From: Pelomyxa schiedti
Lineage: Eukaryota > Protista > Evosea
DNA length: 64,000 nt
Reading direction: 5' to 3'
Assembly: GCA_020536535.1 (NCBI GenBank)
Contig: JAHLWZ010000476.1
Coordinates: 1-64,000, forward strand
In this document: positions 35,585-47,607 of the stretch, in pieces
Position numbering within the stretch: position 1 is the first letter of the stretch
How the letters are laid out: the number at the start of each line of letters is the position of its first letter
Notes under the pieces: model-generated
Databases searched by the model: none
The model's input: only the letters and a program-made list of their open reading frames with translations
Told to the model about the DNA's origin: nothing
Translations under genes and position numbers: made by a program

Positions 35585-38500
35585 ATGACGAAGATGTTTC
35601 GTGCCATGTGCGCTTTGCTTGGTGTTGTCGGTCTCATCCGCTCGCAGTGCGTAGGGCCAAACATCAATGTGCAGTTGCCCGAGCCATACAACTACGAGGT
35701 CGGTACCACCCCCGACTGGGTCATAACCCCGGCCGTCAAGTGTGGCGTGGTGCAAGACGGTTTCACGTGGGGGTCAGATCCTACAGTCGCGGTTGCCGAC
35801 GCCGAAACTGCCGATTTGACGTTCACGTGGTGCTGGGGCGACTGCGCCGGTGGCCCCACCCAGGCCAACTACGTGTTGTCACACTACCTGGCATCCACCG
35901 ACAAGGCCACCAATTCCACTTTCCACAGCGAGCTCTCATGCGACCTCCCATCATCGGGTTCCGTGCCCTCCTCCGCCACCTCCTTTGACGTGAGCGTCGT
36001 CTGCGGTGCGGATTTTCTGGGCACCATAGTTATGTCATTCCTGTTTGTTGACGCTTCAACGGGCGCAACCACACTTGTTGAGTTTGTGGTTCGCTATCAG
36101 TGTTACACTCCTGGGTGCTCTACACTATGCTATGAGCACGGGAACTGCGACGTCCTGCGTGGGCTTTGTAAATGTAACACAGGCTGGCTGACTGATGACT
36201 GTGCATTATACGTCACCTACCCGAAGGAGCTATGCTCCCTGCAACACTTCAACGTATCCTATATAATACCGTATGTCTTCACCCTACCCACCTTTTGGTT
36301 GCACTTCTTACCAAGAGGCACAGAGCTGATTTCAATGGCGTCAATGGCTTGGGTTTTCAAATATATTTCACCCTGATTCGCTCGTTCATAACTGCGGAGA
36401 GAAGAAACTTTGCCACTTGGACCACAGCAGTACCAGTGAGCACTGACCCAATCCGAGACCAAGATTTCCTGAATGATACAAAGCTATTTACATGCTTTTT
36501 AGTTCCTGGACATTATGACGTTCAAATATCGAGCAACTTGATTACAATTTACAAAGATAAACTTCTTGTACATGACTATGAGACCTGTGGAATGGCAGAC
36601 AACTGCAGTGCTGATGCTACCTGCAATGGACATGGCACTTGCAATATCAACAGTTCCTGTGAGTGCAATGAAGGTTATTTTGGATCAAACTGCACGCGCG
36701 GATGTTCCTCAAACGCAACACATACAACCCCCGAGGGTACAATTCAAAGTGACTATCCATGGAATGGACAAGATTCGTCAATGGAATATAAATATTCCAC
36801 CACTTGCCAGTGGAACGTTGATGTCGGCGGATCTTACGATGCTATTGAGTTTACAATACAATACTTATCGCTGGGAGATGATACTGTAAGTATTTACGAA
36901 GCTGACGGGATAGCATCACCTCAGAAGCTTATTTCCACCTTTTCTGGGTCCACGTTCTCCAGTGATACAATTACTGTTGACGGGAGATACTCTGTAGTGA
37001 CATTCACCTCAACATACACAAATGCTGAATCGGGCTTTGTTCTGAATTATAAAGCAATTAATAACCCCATTCCGGCAGTGGGAATAGCCTTCATTGCTGT
37101 TGCTGCAGCAATCGTTCTAGGTGCAGCAGCTGCTGCTTTGGGTGTACTGACAACTTTCTTGGTTCGTCGACGTCGAAGGCTTCTTGCAGAAGCCGAGGCA
37201 ACTCCAGCTGAAGCCATGCCAGCATCCGAAGTTGAGAACATTAACTACTCAGAAAGTGAAACTACCACACAGATGGATGAAGCTTCGTTCAGTATGGACA
37301 AAACAAAGATCGACTTCGGTTTGACTGCCAAGGATGTCTTCCCGATTCTGGAAGAGCACACAGATCAGATTACCCTTATTAACAACAGCAAGAACTCTGT
37401 GAACTATTGTTTTTACGTTCCTGATCTTCCAGATACCTTCACACTGGCCATGAGACCTGGAAAAGGAACCATAGGTGCACACCACAATAAAACTGTGGAG
37501 ATCAAATTTATGTTGCTGTACACCACAACACTGGAGACGTTGGTGAAGCTAGTGATATCATCTTTATCCGGCGATACAATGGCAACAATATATCTGCCAC
37601 TTAAACTGGTAGGCGCCCTGTCTCCAAGACTTGATCCAAACGATATTGAGCTGGAGCACACTCCACTCGCCTCTGGAGCATTTGGGTACCGAAAACTTAC
37701 CTCTTTCTTTTAAATGGAATTTTTGGTAGGGCAGTTTTCCGAGGCACCTATCGTGGCCAAGTGGTTGCTGTTAAGGTTGTCAAACACCAGGAAGGGTTGC
37801 ATGATGCCGAAAAGCAGGATTTTATAGACGAATGCAATTTAATGCATAAGTTGCACCACCAATACATCGTTGGTTTCATTGGGGCTTCTTATGTTCCTGG
37901 TATGAATAAAGTGCACCACTCAGTATTTTTATTTAACGTTTAATTGTAGGAAAGATGTGTGTGTGCTCCGAATTAATGACACATGGCAGCTTGTCTCACT
38001 ATCTGGAATCTGATGTTGATATCCCTTACCTTCTGCTGTTAAAATTCTCTATGAATATTGCTGAAGCCATGGCCTACCTGCACAGTAACAAAATTCTATA
38101 CAGTTATTCTCCTCTGTTCCATTTTTGTTGAATCTTACTAGTGATAGGGGACTTGAAATGCCAAAATGTTCTGCTCGTTTCAACTGTTATTTCTGCAAAC
38201 ATTAACTGCAAGCTCACTGGTTCGCCTCTATCCCTCTTTTTCTTTTTTTTTTTTAAAAAAAGAGAACAGATTTTGGAACTGCACGAAATGTTGAAAACCC
38301 AGGTAATTTACCATTTTCGACCATTGAAAGCATCCCTGCTTAATTGTGCAGATAAACTTTTCCGCTACACAAATGGTGTTGGTACCCCAATCTACATGGC
38401 CCCGGAACTTCTCAAGGCAGAGATGTACAACGCCAAGGTTGGTTCCAAACCAAAAACACAACAACAACCCACAATGACCAAGAGCCTAACCCTCCAACAA

Positions 38501-38988
38501 TAACAAAGGCCGACGTGTACAGCTTCTCACTTGCAATGTGGGAAATGTGGACCCGCGAGGAGGCCTGGTCCGACACAATCTGCTGGGACATTCCCCGCAA
38601 GGTGCAGAAAGGCGAGAGGCCCAAGATACCCGAGGACTGCCCGGCGCCCTTCGCGCAGCTCATAGTAAAGTGCTGGGACCAGCTTCCCGACAACAGGCCC
38701 GAGTTCTCCTCCATCGCCTCTTCGCTCGACGAGATATTCACGGCCTCCGGCGGCAAGTCCGACCACGTGGCACGCGCGGCCGACGGAGGAGACGACGACG
38801 ATTCTGCTGCTGCGGGCAAGGGAGGAGCGGCACAAAGCAGCCGACGAGGCAAGATAATGTCCAGGAAGCGCGCTACTGCGAGCGGCAAGGTGTCATTCCA
38901 ACCTGATGCCCCTGAGGAGGACGAAGTCACGGCCGAATCGTCTGGGTTCAAGAGTACTGACCTGTCAAAGAAGAAGAAGGGAACCTAA
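35585..38988 (+). CDS. Single-pass receptor kinase: signal peptide, EGF-like repeats, CUB domain, TM, Ig/MSP-like juxtamembrane domain, TKL kinase; multi-exon
   Basis: CYEHGNC..CKCNTGW, CNGHGTC..CECNEGYFGSNC, CUB GTIQSD..CQW..GFVLNY, TM followed by RRRRR, HRDLKCQN, GTPIYMAPE, DVYSF, CW..RPEF. Confidence 0.92.
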
Positions 38989-39132
38989 TCTCCCGCACTT
39001 CATCATTCGTACTGTAAAAAAAAGTCCCAAAAGTGAAAAGAAAAAAACAGGTTCTTTTTTTTTGGGGATGAACAGAATTGGTGGAATGTGCCAGGGATTT
39101 GAGTAATTCGGTTTATTTATTACTTCACACAT

Positions 39133-42100
39133 TTAGGATTTGTTTGTGGCTACATTAACCTGATGAAGCCAACAGGAGGCTTCTTTTAGTTTTGTTAACC
39201 ACTTGGCCTTTTGGTCTGCAGTGTTGCAGGTTATACTGAACACTAATAGCGAATTGAGGTTGGAACGATTACAAAAGGAAATGAAAGCTACCTTTGCTAT
39301 CGGTGGCAAGTTGGAAAGTAGTGTCTGTGTCTTCAGTGACACTGCTGTTAAGTAGGCTCGCACTATTCACATATTTGTACACTTCTTGCCCTAATAAGGT
39401 AGGTATTTGAATATACTCAAACATCGAAATAGCGGAATAGGAATTAGTCACACACCAGTTTTATTGAAGAAGGTCTTTTTTGCTGTGTGAGTTTCCACAA
39501 TAATGTCGTTAAACAGGAACAGGTAGCGAGGAACAAGTCCTTTTTCTGACTTGAGCATTACTGCACCCTTTTTTGAAAATAAATAGAGCACTTAAAAATG
39601 AAGGCGGGTGAACCTCGTGTATAAAGCGGCGTTGTGGTTGCACTAACGGTTTATCAGGCATTATCGGGTCCTGTTTGAGAAAGCATCAAAACAATTTGCT
39701 TCATTTTTGTCCTCTTACCACAAATTTCCCCACTATAACGTCTTCAATATCTTTCACTTTAAGCATGGCTTCTGCATCTCTCTTCTACAGGATTTATTAG
39801 ATTAGATTCCCATTTGGCAATACAGATTACCTTCTCATTAATATGCAGAGCAACACTTTTCATTTGTGCGTGACTTTCAGTAAGTTGCCGATAATCGGGT
39901 TGCGTTTTATCAGCGTACTTGACAATTTGTTCCAAGAGCATAACATATCTTTGTGGTGTGATGCTATGCTCCAAAGTGACTTTTATACCTTGGGATACGC
40001 TGGACAGGAAGGATTAAAAACGAGAAGATATCCATTCCTGCTATCTGTTTTTGTTTCTGGAAAATCCATTAAACTTGTCACAATAAACTGTCTTTTACTT
40101 GCAACCAAGATGCAAATTCTGGTGTTTGTGACAGTCCGCCTATTACTGTGCAAGCCCTTTCGTATGTGGATACCCAAAGTGTATACACTTTCAGGAAGGC
40201 ACACTAATAGAATTACGTCAGTTATGGAATAAGGAGTGGGGAGGTACAATTCCCATAAAAACTGTACCGAAAGCAGGTGCTGTAGGAGATTTTGTGACTG
40301 CTGCATTCAGCTGTGCCAAAAAGATAGTGTTGTAGTTTTTAATAATGTCGATTGTCGAAAATGTGTTGGAGTTAGTTAAGGCTTGACAAGTTTTTTGTTG
40401 AGACAAAGGGCTGGGGGTTAGGATATGCTATGAGTTTCTTCTGGGCATACTGACTCAGGGAGTGATTTCATTGGCTTTAAATAAACGTTGATCAGAACCT
40501 CGAGATTTTTCAAGTAAGTTGTTTCTGACTAAGTAAATATTCAGAATTAGGTGTGGCAACATTACCAGTGGAAAGAAGCTCCGCAATTGCTGAGCCTTGA
40601 TTGATTTTCCTCTTTTCTTCATCAACTACTTCTTCTATAGGTGCTGGCTCTTTGAATGGAACTCGTAGTTAGGGATAGAAGAGAAATTATTGTGAAAATG
40701 CCTGGTGCCACTGGTTCCTCCTGCGTGTCAGGTGTTTTGTTGCACACTGGTGCCTCAGTAGTGGGTTGGGGTTCAGTTGACTGCCGTGTTAGTTTAGGTG
40801 GAGGGGAAGTGCTTTTTTCAGGTGGATTGTTGTAGTGCGTGGGGGGAGGTGTTGTACATCGATTGGTACTTCGAACGACTGGAACAGAAGAACGAGATCT
40901 TCTTCGGCTTGGAGGAGGGGGTGGGGCTGGAATTAAGAGAGCAGGTGCTGAAGGAAGAGAAGGGGCACATGCTGGTGGGTTGGATGCAGCTGTCCGAGGT
41001 AGTGATTTCTTAAGTATCTTCTCCAGGCGAACCTGAATTTTTGATGGAATTAGATCTCTTCCTATCGGGGGGCTTGCACGAAATTTGAGGATCTACATTA
41101 AAAGTACTTGCAGATGAGGGAGGGAGAGCAGAAAGCAAGTCCGTCAACAATGTCACCATTTCAGAAACCAACGCATCTCGCTCTTTTTCCTTTGCTTGAA
41201 GAACATCCACTTGGCTTCTGAGTTTCCTAGCAAAGTATTAAGTTAAACTTAACCAATCAGAATAGGAAGAGTACTCTAGTTCACTGCGTTCAATAGACAC
41301 AAGTCCACTGCCACCGGGGGATATAGTAGTTGGAAGGACAAATGGTTTCATTCCCAGACCCCCACAAACAATGCCTAGGCAAGCATTCAGTGCCATCCCA
41401 AAATTACATCCATCAAACTTATCCACATGTTGTGCCTTACCATCCAATTGGTTTTGTTGTGATTGTACAACAGTCTCGTTTGGCTTCTCCTGCGCACCAG
41501 TCCCATAATTCCCGTCCCTCGCCTCAACGAAAGTGGATGAACTCGCCGTCGTGATCACAGTCGGGCACATTCCAGCGTCCCTGTGGTGGTGCCGGATGGC
41601 ATGCGGCGAAGTCGGCGAAAGCAAAGGGGAAGGGGAAGGAGAAGGGGACGCCGACGGCGAAGGAGAAGCCGAGGAGGAAGCCGAAGAAGAGCCCGGCTTG
41701 ATGGAATAGTTACAGTTTGCCAGCGAAAACTGGGACTCCCTCGTGGCCTGCGGGCACACAACAGTGATCGTCGGCGACGACGCGGCGAGGCTCCTGATGG
41801 GGTTCCTGCTCCTGTGGTGATGGTGCCGCCCCCCGTGCGGCTCCTTCGGCCCCGCGCCCAAGGCCGCCGCGGCGCCGCTTTCCTTGTCCCCCCCGCCCCC
41901 GCCTACTGCGCCGCTGCTCACGGGCGAAGAGGGGAGCAACAGCAGGCTCTGAGGCTGGGCTGCGGGGGGCGACGGGGGCAGCAGGGGCGAGGGCGACGGG
42001 GAGAGGGAGGGCGAGGGGGACGGCGAGGACGACGACGAGCCCCCGGTGGTGCCCGTCGCCGAGGAGGCCGAGGCCGACGGCGACGACTGCGGCGGCTCCG

Positions 42101-42419
42101 GGCTCCACGACCCGCGGCGGGCCGCCGGCGCCGCGGAAGCCCCCGTGGCCAGCTCCAGCGACGGCGACGGCGGCGTCACCGCGATCCCCGGCGGCGGCGG
42201 CACCACGGGCATGTGGATCTGGCCGTGTCCCGGCACCGAGGCTATAGGCACACATGCAGTGGGGGGCCCCACGTAGGGAGGCGGCGGAGGCGTGGGAGGC
42301 GGGGGCGGGGGGGGAGGAGGCGCCGGCGGAGGTGGTATGTCGTTGGGCGGCGGGAGGAGTGGTGGGAGTATCCCGTCTAGGATGTCGTCGACTTCGGCGT
42401 GGTGGCCAGGGTCACCCAT
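39133..42419 (-). CDS. RhoGEF (DH-PH) with Pro/Ser-rich N-terminus; multi-exon
   Basis: AELLSTETTYLKNLEVLI, ITPQRYVMLLEQIVK..PDY, PH RYLFLFNDII..WLTKL. Confidence 0.88.
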
Positions 42420-42567
42420 CGTTGGGGTACCAATTTAATTAGCGGAAGAATGCAGTTTTTTTTTTTTTATTGGCGATTGGTTTAGGAGAAAAAAAACCGA
42501 AGAAACGACTCTGGAAGAGCATTTCTATCGCTAGAAAACGACGATGATGGGGTGTTTGTTTGATAAG

Positions 42568-45500
42568 CTAAAGGGCAGAGAGGTTGCATAACACAGAGGC
42601 GCCGAGTGAGGGAATTAGTGGCAGGTATGTGCTTGAGCAGTGCATTGTGCCGGATACACACATGGTGCAGCCCACATAGCCGCCACAGTGCTTGCAGCTT
42701 TCAGTAAGCCTGGAGGCTGTTTTAATTACATCCGATATCATCGTGAAGAGCCCTTCACATGCCCCTATAAAAGTGATTCGGGTTGTTTGGAAGTATCACA
42801 GAGTTGGAGTGAAACCTACCGGTTCCATTTTCATAAGCGTCCACCAGGAAAGCCGCAGCGGAGCAGGGTGGGATAGTCGTGTCATTAGCATCGTTGGTGG
42901 AAAGCATATGTAGAGAGGCCACATTGACCAACTGGTGAAGAAGTGTGTGCAAGGAACTACTGGCACACGCCTCAACGGGAACACATGTCCTGAAATCGCC
43001 AAATGCATTTGCCCATTTCTTGAGAGTGGAGCGTGCAAATTCTATTGCCGATTTTAACGGGGTACTGGAAGGTATCAGGTTGTTTGTTTCATTGGGAGAT
43101 CGGCCATTTGACACAATATCATTGTACTTGGCAAGTATTACTGGAGCTATAGATTGCAGGTAGAGACCAGCAGCTTCCGTATAGGATACCCTCAGATAGG
43201 GAGTGTCATAGCTGTCTGTGTGAGGGTGGGAGTATTTATTTGTCTTAGTATGGACTGCGGTGCTTTTAACTTTATATCCATGCAGGGTAGTGGTGACGGT
43301 GCCCCAGCCAAGTTCAATATGTAATTCCCCCTTAATGTTTGCAGTGTGATTGATCAGGAATCTTTTCTTCTGCCAGGGCTGTGTTGATGCTACACGTCTG
43401 TCAATTATTGGGAATTGTCTGGAGGCTAAAGCTTCGGTTGCGGTAATTGCTGTTAGCATGGCTGTTGGTGGATCAGAGTCAATATCAAGGCTCGTTACTC
43501 TATAGTACTTCGACTGATTTGCCTGACTGTAAACAGTGTGTGTTGCCCCAGGGAAAAAATGAAGCAATGCATGTTGCACAGAAACAGGCTCAAGGTTACC
43601 ACCACAGCTAATGACGACTTGCACTTGTTTCTTTGACTTAGAAACTGCAGTTAAGCAGAGGATTGGGGGATAGTTGGGAACCATACAGAGTCTGACCCTC
43701 TAACACTTAAGAGTTTGTGCGGGTACTCTTTGCTTCGCCATATTACGGTTCCGTTTAGATTTACAGCATAAAGCTATAGAAATTAGAGGGAAAAACTAAA
43801 TGAACTGAAATTTAGTACCTTATCAACAAGTGATTCAAATGCGGAAAGACCACGAGCACCGAACAATTGTTCAACCTGCTCTCTGGTGATTCCTTGTTCA
43901 GCCGAGGCACACCAAAGGTGCATTCTGACAATTGTTGGATAATCAGGATTAAAGATAACTGCCTAGAGCAAGGGTAGCAATAACAGAAGATAAGAGTAAA
44001 AGATAGTTCCAGTAGTTAAATTGCACCTCAACATTTCCATCCCACATGGCTTCTGGATTTGTGGCAAAGAAACAATCAGTGGCACACTCAGCATTGGGTA
44101 AATAAATAGCTAAGCCAGGCTCTCTTCTTCCAGCACGGCCAACTCTTTGCTTGAGGCTCACTCGTGACCCAGGGTAACCCATTAATAAACAACAGTCTAA
44201 AGCAGGAATGTCTACACCGGCTTCAAGTGCGTTGGTGGCAATAAGAATCTGGGCCATAGCATGAAATCACGAAGGGATGCTTTTTCAGTCACCTGAACAC
44301 TGCCGGTGCGCACGTTTTCAAGAATGGTCTGCTTGCTGGTTACATCTATACCTGCGTGGAAGCACTTCACTGACAATTTTGGAAATTTCTTCTACAAGTG
44401 AGTACAATTGACAGGGTAATGCAACTTACTTGAGAAAAGACTGAGGCAAGTTCTGCAAGTTGCTGGAGGGTGTTGCAAAAAATAATCCCTTGGCACCTAT
44501 GCAAAGCCCATTCAGCTGCAATCCGGGCACCATCATGAAGAAAGTCACTTGATGGAGCTAGTACAACAATGCCACGACAAGGTGAAGATGCTCCACTGTT
44601 TGAGGTGTAAGAAGTATAAATAGGGTATTGATACCTTTTCATTATAGTGTGCAGTCTTCCTTCCTCGGAATGGCGGTTGGTCAATTTGAAGCACATGTCA
44701 GGGGCATTGGCAACAGTGGCAGTGGCAATAATAAACTGTAACTTCTGAGGATCCCCGCCACAATTCTGAATAGAAAGGTAGAGTCTTGTGTGCTCAATTA
44801 GGTGGATAGAGCGGCGGCAGACCTACCTGCGAATGACATTGGACACGTTTGTCCCGAATATTCCAGTATATGAGTGGGCTTCATCAAGGATGATGATATG
44901 CAAACAGCGAAGGAACTCTTTCCAGCCCCTCCAACTATTCTTCAGCAGATGGTGGAGCATATCCGGATTTGTTATGACAATGTCAGGTGGGATCCCAGAA
45001 GAGAAGATTTTCTCCCTCTCTTCGAGTGTTGTCCCACCAATAATTGTGGCAATGTGAAAACGTGCAGCTGCTTACAGTGAGCCACAATAAAAGAAGAAGG
45101 CGACTACATAGTGGCCTGGTATTGTTTAACTGATGGAGATTATTTTCCTGGTCTTTCAGAAGAGCATTCAGGGGGAAAAGGTACCTGTTTATAAATTAAA
45201 AAGTTTCAAGAGAGAAACGATTTTACAGTGCTGTGCGATGTTGAGGAGAAGCAAGTAGCATGTCAAAGGTTGCCATGTTGAAGCAAAGAGATTTTCCTCA
45301 TAAACTGAGAGGTGGGCATAATAGAGGCAAGGATTTACCAGAACTTGTGGGAGTTATGACAACGACATCCAGTCCTTTCTTACAAGCAGACCACGTTTCG
45401 ACTTGGTGACGAAAAAGCTGACCAAAGCCACAATTCTTCAAAGCAAGAGCAAGATGTCCTACGGGTTCAATTGTTCAACCAGTTGTTGGTAAGAATAGCA

Positions 45501-46219
45501 TGAACATCCAAACCATGGAGATCAGGGGGAATCGGACAAAAGTCAGCCGGTACAGCAGGATAAAGTTTAGTGTGATGAACTTGTGAGACATTCTGGATGC
45601 GAATAAACAGATCAGCAAAAGCAGGCGGGACGCCACTCGCTGCCGCCGTCGGGGCCTCCGACTCCCCCACGTGGGACTTCTCCGCAGCGCAACTTCCGCC
45701 AACACCACTCCCACTCCCACTCTCAACCACAGATCTCTCGCCCTCGGTGCCAGTCCTCGCCGTAGACGTAGATTTGGAAGTCGTAGATCCGCCCACGGCC
45801 TCCGGCCCCACCCCCTCCTTCCTCGCGCCGTCGTTGTTTCCCAGCAGATGTGCCCTTCCCTGCGGCCCATCACACCCACGCGCAGCCGCGCCGGGTGTTG
45901 TTGTCACCGCCGGCGCGCCGCCCGTTGTTGCCCCGCCCCCTTGCCCCGGCGGTGCCAACTTGGGCGGCCCGGCGCCGCCTCGGCTCCTCGAGCTGCTGCT
46001 GGTGCTGCTGCGGGGCTGCTGCGCGTGGGCGCCGGTTTGCGCGACTGCCACTGCTGCGGCGGAGGTGTGGGCACCGACTTGGGGCGGGCGAGGGAGGAAG
46101 GAGGCGACTGTCACGCGGCGGGACGCCACGTCGCTCCTTGTGTCGAGGGGTACGAGCAGCCTGGCCTTCTTGGGCTCCGGGGGCAGTGCCGCTGTCTCTG
46201 GTCGGATGTTTGGCTTCAT
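42568..46219 (-). CDS. SF2 DEAH-box helicase with C-terminal DUF1998/MZB (Hrq1/MrfA/YprA family); multi-exon
   Basis: TPTSSGKS, DEAH, ATATVAN, ATNALEAGVDI, QRVGRAGR; C-terminal DAYENGTG..CKHCGGYVGCTMC. Confidence 0.9.
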
Positions 46220-46256
46220 CGTCGGAATTTTTTTGGAGTTGAAAAAAAAAAAAGTC

Positions 46257-47549
46257 ATGTTTGCCACGAGTGTCGCTACTGGCACGAGGGAGTGGTTCTG
46301 TGAGGACGCGAGATTGTCAATCGAGAAGTGGCCGGAGGGTCTGCTGGCACTGTCGGCGCCTTCTCGTGCAGTGCCCATGTCGCGGGGCACCATCGCCGCA
46401 GTTCTTAGAAACAGCGATCTCTACTGTGGTGACGAGGACGAGGACGAGGATGCAGAAGGAGAGGCAAGCGACGACCGTGCGAACGAGGAGCTGGTCAGAA
46501 CTTTGACAGAGCAAATCGACGACCACGTGAGGGCGTTTGGGGGTGCTGCATTTGTGAAAATTGGGCGGTCTCCCAAAGGTGCTGCTTTGTTTTTTTTTTA
46601 CCCGCTTCCAGTGTGTTGGGATTGAATGCGTTCAAATGCGCAGATGTTGTATATTGTGAGGCGAGTGAGGCTTTGGAGAGGAGACTTTATGAAGAACTCA
46701 CGAAAATTGCTGAGAGCATGGATGGTACTGAAACACCTGCGGAGATTTCGAATTTGGAGGTTACTGGTCTATTTCCTGGGCAATGGATTTTCCATTTTTC
46801 CAGATACTCACCCCACTTTCTAGCTTATTGCATTCACAGCAAGTGCGAATTCGTGTCTCCAAATCCGTTCAGGAAAGGAGGCCGTTCAACTTCTATTCAA
46901 TCAGTCTGTACGAGTGAATCAAGATCTACAACGGTTTGTGTTTATTGTTTTGTTTCATGACAGTATATTAGAACACTGGAGTTGAGTGCTGAAGAGTATC
47001 CTTGCAGCGTCATAGTCCGCCAATGGGTTCAAATTTCACCATGTGATGAATACAGGGTCTTTATTCACGATGGGAACCTAACGGCGATATCCCAATATTA
47101 TCATCATTGCTTTTTTGGTCACAGCTGGTGTGCAAGAATTCCGGAAGTATCGGCACTCATACAGGAGTACTACCAAAGCCGTATATATCCAGTGATGGTA
47201 AGGCGATCCTATGTGATGGACTTAGCAGGTATCTTCATAGATAGAAGATAGATTGGCGGTACCATCTTACCTACCAAGCATTTTCTTTCTAGTACACCAG
47301 GGACATGTTTTTCTGATAGAGCTAAACCCGCTACACTACAGCACCGACGCATGCTGCTTTTCCTGGAACAATCGCACTGACGTGGGTATTGTACTCTCAC
47401 CAGCACAAACACCATCAAGGCCACCCACAGTGAGGTGGGTTCAGGCTGTACCCCCCATTGAGGAGACCAAAGGACAGATAGTACCCTATTGGGCCAGGAA
47501 AATTGCTGCATTTTGGAGCTCCAAGTGCAGTAAAAGCAACTCCACATAG
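46257..47549 (+). CDS. Cdc123/D123-like ATP-grasp (R2K family) protein; multi-exon
   Basis: AFVKIGRSPKD (spliced), VRQW, EYRVFIHDGNLTAISQY, YVMDL, LIELNP..TDACCFSW. Confidence 0.85.
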
Positions 47550-47607
47550 GAGCGGGCCAGAAAAAACAAAAAGGTTTGGTTCAAAATTTTTAGTTAAACA
47601 GTTTGTA

